The notes beneath the pieces are model-generated. The model ran no database searches. It was not told where the DNA came from and saw only the letters and a program-made list of their open reading frames with translations. The translations under genes and the position numbers were made by a program. DNA of 49,278 bases from a virus: IMG/VR virus record IMGVR_UViG_3300045988_165978; one strand, written 5' to 3'. Positions 42,814 through 49,278 of this stretch are shown here, piece by piece. Numbering within the stretch: the stretch's first letter is position 1; each line of letters begins with the position of its first letter.

Positions 42814-43101
42814 TTACAGTGTTGCAAAACGTGCCTCTAACTGCCGTGCCCGCAGATCAATTCCAGCAAAATATAATCCCTTCCTCGTTAGCTCAAATCT
42901 CATAGTGTCTCCAAGCCGTACATCATAAGCCATAATATTTAGGAAATACCAACTTGTAACGAGATTATTCTTTACCTTTATAGGTTTATCAAGAGTTACT
43001 TTATGCCCAGATGCATATTGAGTAATCTTTACAACTTTTCTTCTAATGTATTTATCTTCCAAAGTATTTTTCAAAGTCTCAAACGCATTTTGTTCTTTCA
43101 T
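42814..43101 (-). CDS. hypothetical protein (95 aa)
   Basis: ORF. Confidence 0.5.
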   Translation of the reverse strand: MKEQNAFETLKNTLEDKYIRRKVVKITQYASGHKVTLDKPIKVKNNLVTSWYFLNIMAYDVRLGDTMRFELTRKGLYFAGIDLRARQLEARFATL

Positions 43102-43122
43102 ATATTTCGCTCCTAACTTTTG

Positions 43123-43332
43123 TTATTTTATTTTTGTCTGTATAAAATGCGGCATAAGAATGTGCGTTCCCGGTAAGGGAACTAAATATACTTTCGTGTT
43201 ACTTGGCATATCTTCTTTGACCGCCAATCCCCTGTCTGTATAACATACACTGCAGCCATATATCAGGAAACTTAATACCAGTGTTATCACTAAAACTTTC
43301 ACGATACCGCCGCCTCTCTGTTTTTTAACCAA
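43123..43332 (-). CDS. small secreted/lipoprotein-like protein (69 aa)
   Basis: Signal-like N-terminus ...VLVITLVLSFLIYGCS. Confidence 0.45.
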   Translation of the reverse strand: MVKKQRGGGIVKVLVITLVLSFLIYGCSVCYTDRGLAVKEDMPSNTKVYLVPLPGTHILMPHFIQTKIK

Positions 43333-43487
43333 ACTTCAAATTCAGCTTGTAGTTTTTTATCCTTGAACTTTCCATCAGGAAGCAGCATACTTTGAAGGCG
43401 TTCAACAACGTATTCTCCTAATGATCTAGCAGCATAATTATCTAATATGCCTTCCGATTCAACTTCTACAACTCTGAACTCCTGCAT
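43299..43487 (-). CDS. hypothetical protein (62 aa)
   Basis: ORF. Confidence 0.4.
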   Translation of the reverse strand: MQEFRVVEVESEGILDNYAARSLGEYVVERLQSMLLPDGKFKDKKLQAEFEVWLKNREAAVS

Positions 43488-43490
43488 ATA

Positions 43491-43880
43491 TCATTGCTCT
43501 CCTTTCCTCGTTGAACGCCTAAAAATATAATCTGTACCAGTAATACGATACCTAACTAAATCCAATACGATTTCCAATTCTTCTTCTGTAAATTTATGAA
43601 GTATAAGTATCTTTAAAATCTCGTTAACAACACTGTCTATTTGAAGACTTAATTTCCTACTTCCAGCAGGTGTATATCTATCAAAATCAACTTCATCAAG
43701 CAGAGATTGAACTTCTCTTAATATGTCTTCATCTTTTTTTAAGCCGACTCTCTTATTAGACGTCTCGCACACAGCCTTATGGTCTGAATGGATCATTAAG
43801 CGCCTATTCTTGCCCTGCCTGCCAGCAGGGCTTTTTCCTTTTCTTTTTCGGGATTTCTTTTTTATTGAATCAAACATCAC
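43491..43880 (-). CDS. hypothetical basic protein (129 aa)
   Basis: AAGGGAGCGG ribosome-binding site. Lys/Arg-rich N-terminus. Follows an RHH gene (possible regulator/effector pair). Confidence 0.55.
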   Translation of the reverse strand: MMFDSIKKKSRKRKGKSPAGRQGKNRRLMIHSDHKAVCETSNKRVGLKKDEDILREVQSLLDEVDFDRYTPAGSRKLSLQIDSVVNEILKILILHKFTEEELEIVLDLVRYRITGTDYIFRRSTRKGEQ

Positions 43881-44110
43881 TATCTTCCGCTCCCTTCTTG
43901 CCTGTGTTTTTCGTCTAGATATCTTTCTGCAAATTCTTCCTCTGTCGTTGTCGCCACTATCCCTGTAAATCGCTTTAGTGCTTCCTGTTGTAGATATACT
44001 CTGAGTGCCTGATTTAGCAAACCATTAAAGCTTATTCCAATTTCCTTTGCTAAAATAACTGCCGCTTCATACGTTTCTTCCGGCACTCTAAACAATATTT
44101 GTTTTCTCAT
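43880..44110 (-). CDS. ribbon-helix-helix (Arc/CopG-type) DNA-binding protein (76 aa)
   Basis: ILFRVPEETYEAAVILAKEIGISFNGLLNQALRVYL is a canonical RHH pattern. Confidence 0.65.
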   Translation of the reverse strand: MRKQILFRVPEETYEAAVILAKEIGISFNGLLNQALRVYLQQEALKRFTGIVATTTEEEFAERYLDEKHRQEGSGR

Positions 44111-44119
44111 AAGTCCACT

Positions 44120-44240
44120 TCCTTTTGATATTCATTTTCTTTCATATTGATATCCTAGCACTGTGTTGATATTCTGTCAATTCTTTTTGATATCCAAAGG
44201 AATGTTTTTGTTTTTTGTGTCCTTATGATATAATATTGAT
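44120..44240. promoter_or_regulatory. divergent promoter/operator region with six TTGATAT(T/C)C direct repeats and a TGATATAAT extended -10 for the plus-strand RHH gene
   Basis: Repeats at about 44125, 44150, 44170, 44190, 44229, 44238, read directly. Likely RHH operator sites. Confidence 0.55.
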
Positions 44241-44260
44241 ATCGTTAAGGAGGTGTTTAT

Positions 44261-44419
44261 ATGGTTGAAAACCGTCCTAATCCCTATTCACTTAGAATAG
44301 ATCCCGAAGTTATGGATAAAATAAAGCAATTAGCACAAGAAAACTCTCGTTCCGTCAATAAAGAGATTGAGTATGCTTTACGACAATATATTCGTCAGAT
44401 TGAATCAAAACAAGAATAA
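44261..44419 (+). CDS. ribbon-helix-helix protein (52 aa)
   Basis: Not in the ORF track. AAGGAGGTG ribosome-binding site + ATG. MVENRPNPYSLRIDPEVMDKIKQLAQENSRSVNKEIEYALRQYIRQIESKQE. Confidence 0.5.
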   Translation: MVENRPNPYSLRIDPEVMDKIKQLAQENSRSVNKEIEYALRQYIRQIESKQE

Positions 44420-44513
44420 GCTCATTCAAGGTAATGCCTCGCCGCTTCGCTTCCTGTTTTAACTGCTCATGTAGTTTTACAGGTAGGCGGAGCGTTATTT
44501 GTTTTATCTCCAT
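44355..44513 (-). CDS. ribbon-helix-helix protein (52 aa from ATG 44513; the ORF track starts at 44546)
   Basis: AAGGGGAG ribosome-binding site before MEIKQITLRLPVKLHEQLKQEAKRRGITLNELI. The 3' end overlaps the convergent plus-strand RHH gene by 65 nt. Confidence 0.5.
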   Translation of the reverse strand: MEIKQITLRLPVKLHEQLKQEAKRRGITLNELILVLIQSDEYIVVKHTQSLY

Positions 44514-44517
44514 AACT

Positions 44518-44688
44518 TTACTCCCCTTCCTGCCTGTGTTTTTCATCTAAATAAGCCTTAGCTAATTCGTCTTCTGGCAAACTAGCATATTTTTTTATAA
44601 ATTCTTCCTCCGGCATACTTTTGACAATCTTAATAAGCGTAAGTAATGCTTTAATTTGTTCAGCAGTTAACGGTTTATTTTTATCCAC
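44518..44688 (-). CDS. small protein (56 aa, GTG start) whose C-terminus ...AKAYLDEKHRQEGE is paralogous to the C-terminus of RHH 43880..44110
   Basis: Not in the ORF track. AAAGAGGGA ribosome-binding site. Duplicated junction gaYgaaaaacacaggcaRgaag also present at 43900-43925. Confidence 0.4.
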   Translation of the reverse strand: MDKNKPLTAEQIKALLTLIKIVKSMPEEEFIKKYASLPEDELAKAYLDEKHRQEGE

Positions 44689-44720
44689 GGCATATCCCTC
44701 TTTCTAAGTTGATATACCAA

Positions 44721-44815
44721 CCGAAACTGTGATATAATGTTCTCGTCAGCTTCGGCTGGCTCCAAGAAACACTCGCTAAACTTTTCCAGGGTTCCGGCGG
44801 GTGTTTCTTTTTTAT
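44721..44815 (+). ncRNA. plus-strand unit U6: promoter TTGATA-18-TATAAT (44721-44750) -> about 65-nt transcript -> terminator AGAAACACTCGC...GCGGGTGTTTCT + T-run
   Basis: Read directly. Sits between a minus-strand small gene and the cro-like gene. Confidence 0.4.
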
Positions 44816-44827
44816 TCTTTGTTGTTT

Positions 44828-45025
44828 TTAAACAACATCTTTTTCAAAAAAAATTGTCTCTATTTCGCAATTAAGCGCATCAGCAATTTTCCTAGCGACT
44901 AAAATACTAGGTATTGCTTTACCATTTTCAATTTGTGTTAAATGCACTCTACTTATACCAGCTTTATCTGCCAAACTCTTTTGAGATAGCTTCTTTTTTT
45001 GTCTTATATTTTTTAAATTATTCAT
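44828..45025 (-). CDS. Cro-like XRE-family HTH repressor (66 aa from ATG 45025)
   Basis: LSQKSLADKAGISRVHLTQIENGK is a classic HTH. Divergent from the CI-like gene. Confidence 0.65.
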   Translation of the reverse strand: MNNLKNIRQKKKLSQKSLADKAGISRVHLTQIENGKAIPSILVARKIADALNCEIETIFFEKDVV

Positions 45026-45161
45026 TGTCTCACCGCCTGTCGTTGTTTTTACTTTACACGTCAATTATAAATAGCTTATCATATTTTGTCAAGCAAAAAC
45101 AACAGTTTTTTATTTCCTTTTTGTTTAGTATAGTTTACAATATTCTGAGGAGGTGTAAACT

Positions 45162-45551
45162 ATGCCTAACGAATTTTCTGAGTTTATACGAGCAAAACGT
45201 GGGAATATGTCTTTACGCGAATTTGCTAAATTATGTGGTAATCTTAGCCATACTCAAATCGACAGTATAGAAAAAGGTTTTGACCCAAGAACATCTAAAC
45301 CAGTTAGCCCAACTATAGACACATTAAATAAAATAGCAAAAGGAATAGGTGTATCTGTTTCTTATCTGGCTGCATTGGCAGTTAATGAGCCATATTCAGA
45401 TCCATTACGTTTAACACTATTGGAAAAAAAACGTATAACAAAGTGTCGCCAACTTAGCCCCGATGATGTAGAAGACATCGACGAAATGATTGATTTTAAA
45501 TTAGAGAAAGCTTTAAGAAAAGAAAGAGCTATACAAAACGCGGTAATATAA
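45162..45551 (+). CDS. CI-like XRE-family repressor (129 aa)
   Basis: GAGGAGG ribosome-binding site. HTH MSLREFAKLCGNLSHTQIDSIEKG. Same strand as integrase, divergent from cro-like. Confidence 0.65.
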   Translation: MPNEFSEFIRAKRGNMSLREFAKLCGNLSHTQIDSIEKGFDPRTSKPVSPTIDTLNKIAKGIGVSVSYLAALAVNEPYSDPLRLTLLEKKRITKCRQLSPDDVEDIDEMIDFKLEKALRKERAIQNAVI

Positions 45552-45607
45552 TATTTCCAAATTTCTGGCATAAACATAAATAAAATTTATCTTAATAACA
45601 TTATATA

Positions 45608-45662
45608 AATTTAACCGTGTCGAATTCGAGACGGTTAAATTCGCGCCCGAATTTTTTATTTA
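45608..45662 (+). terminator. terminator after the CI-like gene
   Basis: TTAACCGTGTC-GAATTC-GAGACGGTTAA then TTCGCGCCCGAATTTTTT. Confidence 0.55.
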
Positions 45663-45700
45663 CATCAAAAAGATTATCACTAATACAGGAGGTCCTCTAA

Positions 45701-46147
45701 ATGAAAAAGATAATTTTGATTCTATCACTTTGTTTAAGTCTATTAGGATTATCATCTATAACTTATGCTGCCGAGTGGAATTGGATAGCCTCAAACGATA
45801 GTACTACCATTTCTTTTGATAAAGACAGTATACGTAAATCAGAAGATGATAAATATTTTGCATGGATAAAATACGAACATACAGAATCAGAAGGGGCTAA
45901 AATATCAGACGATTTAAAACTTGCTGAACCTATTTCTTATCAATTACATAGGTTGGAATTTGATTATAAAAATGAATCTATCAAAACACAGTCAGTAGTT
46001 ATTTATGATAAAAATGGTACTACTTTAGCAAGTTATACCGATAAATATTCCCTTGAACGATTTGAACCTATTATTCCTGGTTCTATCGGTGAAAAAATTT
46101 TTTATGCAACTTTTGCGGAATATCAGAATAAATATGGGAAAGTTTAG
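45701..46147 (+). CDS. secreted protein with signal peptide (148 aa)
   Basis: MKKIILILSLCLSLLGLSSITYA signal peptide. CAGGAGG ribosome-binding site. Confidence 0.65.
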   Translation: MKKIILILSLCLSLLGLSSITYAAEWNWIASNDSTTISFDKDSIRKSEDDKYFAWIKYEHTESEGAKISDDLKLAEPISYQLHRLEFDYKNESIKTQSVVIYDKNGTTLASYTDKYSLERFEPIIPGSIGEKIFYATFAEYQNKYGKV

Positions 46148-46284
46148 GAAACATCATTCTGATAAAATAAAAAGCCCGCTATCTATGAAGACAGCAGGAT
46201 AGTGACCAATCGCCAACGATTGTAGTCCTTTCATCTGATAATTCTATCATATCTATCTTACTTTTTAAAAGGAGTCATACATAA

Positions 46285-47292
46285 ATGATTAACAGTATTC
46301 AATATACACAAGATACTCAAGAAGATTTATACAACTTACTTAAAATTTTAAAGTTACCAGTACGAATACTTAATAATAACATGAATTATTGGTTTGTGCG
46401 GACAGAATCTGGCAAATATTATAAAGATTTTTTGTTTAATAGTTATATTGCTGTTGGTTGGAACTATATTAATATTTTATCCAAAGATAACGATGACGAA
46501 AAAACAATAAAACTCATTAAAGAAAAATACCCCGATGCTATACCAGGAAGAGTTCTGAATCCTATTAAACGTTTTTGTCAAGAAATGCAACCCGGTGATT
46601 TAGTTATAATACCAAGTACATCTTCTGCAACTTTTGCTTTTGGTATTATAAAATCTGATCCATATATAGAAACTATAAAAGAACAATATGTTAGTGATGA
46701 TCTTTCAGTATCATGTCCATATATTAAAAGAAGAACCGTTAAATGGTTAAGTTCATTAGAAAGGCATCGGTTAGACCCAAATTTATTTCAATTTTTCCGA
46801 GCACATCAAACCATTTCTAACGCTACCAGATATGCAGATTATATAGACAGAACTTTAAATACATTATACATAAAAAATGATATTGCTCATATAATTTTAG
46901 ACGTATGTACTCAAAAGAATATTCCAGCTAATAAATTGATTAAATTTATTTCAGGATTACTGAACTATTTGAACAAAGTAACAGACGACCCTACCGCTTC
47001 AAATGATATAGATATAAAGCTAAACGTACAATCTCCTGGCATATTAGAATTCATTGGTTCACCTATAAAAATCGCTATTATAGCTCTAATATTTCTTTTC
47101 ATTGTCGGTGGAGAGGCCAAATTTAGTAAGCAGGGATATGATATTGAATTCAGCCTCAAAACTCAGGGCTTAATTGAAAAAGGAATACAATACTATGAAC
47201 GAGTATTAAAAGAAAATATAGATCCTTCTGAACTAAAAGATGAAATTGAACAATTAAAAATAAAAGACCCAACAGGTATACCGCGGGTCTAA
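46285..47292 (+). CDS. AT-rich membrane-anchored protein (335 aa): large cytoplasmic N-domain (NYWFVRTESGKYY...IAVGWNYI...GDLVIIP) + single TM at about 262-280 + short C-tail. Candidate superinfection-exclusion / abortive-infection protein
   Basis: AAAAGGAG ribosome-binding site. Markedly lower GC than neighbours. Located between repressor and integrase on the lysogeny strand. Confidence 0.65.
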   Translation: MINSIQYTQDTQEDLYNLLKILKLPVRILNNNMNYWFVRTESGKYYKDFLFNSYIAVGWNYINILSKDNDDEKTIKLIKEKYPDAIPGRVLNPIKRFCQEMQPGDLVIIPSTSSATFAFGIIKSDPYIETIKEQYVSDDLSVSCPYIKRRTVKWLSSLERHRLDPNLFQFFRAHQTISNATRYADYIDRTLNTLYIKNDIAHIILDVCTQKNIPANKLIKFISGLLNYLNKVTDDPTASNDIDIKLNVQSPGILEFIGSPIKIAIIALIFLFIVGGEAKFSKQGYDIEFSLKTQGLIEKGIQYYERVLKENIDPSELKDEIEQLKIKDPTGIPRV

Positions 47293-47293
47293 A

Positions 47294-47482
47294 CTAATTG
47301 ATTATTATATTTTTTCTTATTATCAAAAATACAACAATTATAAAACTTACATACCATCGTACTTTTTTAAATTCATTAATATAATCATTCACTCCATAAT
47401 ACACTATCAAACTTAAAACAAGATTTAAAAGTGATATCAGCAAGGCTAAAACACTAATATATGAAATTATTTCTATAATCAT
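47294..47482 (-). CDS. small 2-TM membrane protein (62 aa), AT-rich
   Basis: Hydrophobic ORF convergent on the 335-aa gene. May be spurious given AT richness. Confidence 0.3.
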   Translation of the reverse strand: MIIEIISYISVLALLISLLNLVLSLIVYYGVNDYINEFKKVRWYVSFIIVVFLIIRKNIIIN

Positions 47483-47611
47483 AGTGTTATCCCCCTTCTG
47501 AAATGACTATGTATTTTCCCACTTCACCTAATTTATTCAATTTTATTTTATCATACTAAAAAAAAAAATCCAACCCAAATCACTTCTCCATCAATACTAA
47601 GAATCATAAAA

Positions 47612-47672
47612 AATGGCCCCGCTGTCATATAGACAACGGGGCACCGACCGACCACGTATGGTAACGGTCCAT
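47612..47672. other. candidate attP core: imperfect inverted repeats GGCCCCGCTGTC-ATATA-GACAACGGGGCACC and GACCGACCACGTATGGTAACGGTCC
   Basis: Only GC-rich imperfect palindromes in the AT-rich leader directly upstream of the serine integrase gene. Confidence 0.25.
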
Positions 47673-47744
47673 ACATCTGATTATATTTTATCGTACTTAT
47701 CACTAAAAATCAATACGTCAAACAAATAGTTAGGAGTTGTTTTT

Positions 47745-49278
47745 ATGTCAAATGCCGTTATATACGCCCGCTATTCTTCCGGGCATCAGCGTGAAGAAAG
47801 TATTGAGGGACAGATTAGAGAATGCACAAATTTTGCAAAACGTAATGGCCTAACTATTGTCGAACACTATATAGACAGAGCAATTAGCGCCAAAACCGAT
47901 GATCGTCCGTCATTTCAACAAATGGTAGCTGACAGCAGCAAAAAAACATTTGATACAATCATAGTCTACACATTAGACCGCTTTGCTCGTAATCGCTATG
48001 ACAGTGCTGTTTACAAAGCGAAGTTAAAAAGAAACGGCGTTCGAGTATTATCTGCTAAGGAAAATATCACCAGCGATCCTTCTGGAATTATTCTTGAAAG
48101 CGTTTTGGAAGGTATGGCAGAGTATTATTCGGTAGAGCTTGCACAAAAAGTAAAGCGCGGTATGACAGAAAATGCGTTAGCCTGCCGCTGGGCTTCCGGT
48201 AGAATACCTTTCGGTTACACCATTGATGCCGATAAACATCTTCATCCGGACCCCGCGTTAGTACCTATCGTTCAAGAAGCTTTTGAAATGTACGCCGCCG
48301 GGGCTAAAATAGTCGATATCGCAAGAAAAATCAACAGTTATCATGTCGTCACTGGTATGGGTAATAAATTCGGTCGTTCCAGCTTTGACCGGATGATAAG
48401 ATCAGAAACTTATATCGGTGTATTTAAGTGGAACGATATCAGAAAAGAAAATGCTATACCGCCAATTATCACGCCAGAACTTTTTTATAAATGCCAGGCT
48501 AGATATAATGCCCGCAACAGAAAAAATGTGGCTCGCCCCTCGGCTATTTACCTTTTGTCAGGAAAACTACGCTGTGGATGCTGCGGTGGAAGCATGTGTG
48601 GCATGAGTGGCAAAAGCAGAAACGGTACTATGCATTATTATTATTCTTGTTATTCAACTCGCCGCCGGACTTCCCATTGTGATATAGGAAATATACGTCG
48701 TGATGAAATTGAACATATTATTGCAGCACACGCCGCTTCCATTTTGAAAAAACCAATAAATTTAGACATTATTGCTAATCAAGCTTTAAAAACTAATAAC
48801 AGCGTAAAAAACTATCGTTTAGAAAGCCTGATTCAACAAGAAAAAGACCTTACCCAGAAACTAGAAAACTGCATGAAGGCTATTGATCAAGGTTTGGTAT
48901 CTATTACTTTAATGGATCGGATCAAACAATATGAAGCTGACTTACAATCAGTCAAAAATGATATCTCTCTTGAAAAAATAAAATCTAATCCAATCCAAGT
49001 TACCAAAGAACATATTATTTTCTTTTTAGAAAAATTTGCACTCCTAGAAGGTGAAAAATTTAAGGATCGTATCATTTCCACAATGGTAAGAGATATCGTA
49101 ATAAAAAAAGAAAAAGACGGCAACTATTTAGTCACCGTCCAATATAATTATGCGAATTCCAAAGAACTTCCTAACGAAGAAAGCTATTCTGTTCCTGAAT
49201 CTATTGGTTCGCAAGATGTTGAGTTGGTGGACAATAGCGGAGTCGTTACGAACAGACTGAGGTTTTACCCGTATTATT
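47745..49278 (+). CDS. large serine recombinase (integrase), 511 codons in window, continues across the circular junction to stop at 88-90
   Basis: N-terminus MSNAVIYARYSSGHQREESIEGQ (catalytic Ser in YARYSS), resolvase domain, recombinase domain, Cys-rich zinc ribbon (CGCCGGSMCG...C..C), coiled-coil C-terminus. GGAG ribosome-binding site. Confidence 0.85.
   Translation, partial: MSNAVIYARYSSGHQREESIEGQIRECTNFAKRNGLTIVEHYIDRAISAKTDDRPSFQQMVADSSKKTFDTIIVYTLDRFARNRYDSAVYKAKLKRNGVRVLSAKENITSDPSGIILESVLEGMAEYYSVELAQKVKRGMTENALACRWASGRIPFGYTIDADKHLHPDPALVPIVQEAFEMYAAGAKIVDIARKINSYHVVTGMGNKFGRSSFDRMIRSETYIGVFKWNDIRKENAIPPIITPELFYKCQARYNARNRKNVARPSAIYLLSGKLRCGCCGGSMCGMSGKSRNGTMHYYYSCYSTRRRTSHCDIGNIRRDEIEHIIAAHAASILKKPINLDIIANQALKTNNSVKNYRLESLIQQEKDLTQKLENCMKAIDQGLVSITLMDRIKQYEADLQSVKNDISLEKIKSNPIQVTKEHIIFFLEKFALLEGEKFKDRIISTMVRDIVIKKEKDGNYLVTVQYNYANSKELPNEESYSVPESIGSQDVELVDNSGVVTNRLRFYPYY
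49224..49278. repeat. terminal direct repeat, identical to 1-55
   Basis: See feature 1..55. Confidence 0.9.

Noticed and set aside
44514-44546. N-terminal extension (MKNTGRKGSKV) of the RHH ORF 44355..44546
   Set aside because: This stretch is the C-terminus of the upstream paralogous gene read in another frame. The strong ribosome-binding site precedes the internal ATG at 44513.
44914-45270. 118-aa plus-strand ORF across the cro/cI switch
   Set aside because: Overlaps the cro-like gene antisense and the intergenic operator region. Low-complexity Leu/Phe/Tyr-rich.
1-49278. tRNA genes
   Set aside because: No cloverleaf-compatible segments with T-loop-like GTTCRANYC motifs found by eye. Cannot be excluded without tRNAscan.

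Overview
This window looks like a complete temperate siphovirus genome of about 49.2 kb, assembled as a circle. The first 55 bp (1-55) are identical to the last 55 bp (49224-49278), and a large serine recombinase gene (47745->end) continues in frame across that junction to a stop at 88-90. Nearly all genes are on the minus strand. The order below follows coordinates, not transcription; the minus strand is read from high to low coordinates.

- **Cargo genes next to the integrase (124-2454).** These include a BclA-C-terminal-like protein, a YjcZ-like Gly-rich membrane protein, and Q/P/M-rich small proteins.
- **Non-coding region (2460-3950).** 1.5 kb packed with promoters, terminators and three paralogous structured ncRNA candidates.
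- **Lysis genes (4225-6160).** A small sigma-70 region-4 protein, an unusual same-strand dual-frame pair of membrane proteins, a YkuD/L,D-transpeptidase-fold endolysin candidate, and holin-like proteins.
- **Tail genes (6290-20434).** Mosaic tail-fibre genes, then a lambda-like tail tip (M, L, K(NlpC/P60), I-J fusion), tape-measure protein, chaperone and major tail protein.
- **Inserted moron (20468-21223).** A Bro-N/KilAC antirepressor sits inside the structural gene block.
- **Head and packaging genes (21256-29333).** A lambda-like head module: DUF2190, a prohead-protease/major-capsid fusion, portal, gpW-like protein, GpA-type TerL, and TerS with palindromic TTCCGAAGT repeats.
- **Toxin-antitoxin-like and anti-restriction genes (29647-31234).** A DUF2442/DUF4160/RelB-like/HTH operon lies divergent from an ArdA anti-restriction operon that has a consensus promoter.
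- **Replication and DNA-metabolism genes (32022-40788).** A twice-frameshifted hicB pseudogene, an iteron array next to ArpU-like, RusA and HUH-Rep genes, then dUTPase, SSB, a radical-SAM protein, Dcm methyltransferase, ASCH/DUF3850 and many zinc-ribbon proteins.
- **Early region and switch (40739-45551).** Several RHH/XRE small genes with TTGATAT operator repeats, and a divergent Cro-like/CI-like switch.
- **Genes between repressor and integrase (45701-47482).** A secreted protein, an AT-rich 335-aa membrane-anchored candidate exclusion/defence gene, and a small membrane protein.

A recurring motif is a family of at least six plus-strand units, each a strong sigma70 promoter followed within about 100 nt by a terminator, placed in gaps between minus-strand operons. 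The host is probably a low-GC Firmicute (AGGAGG ribosome-binding sites; sporulation-like cargo). All function calls come from reading motifs and gene order, not from database searches.
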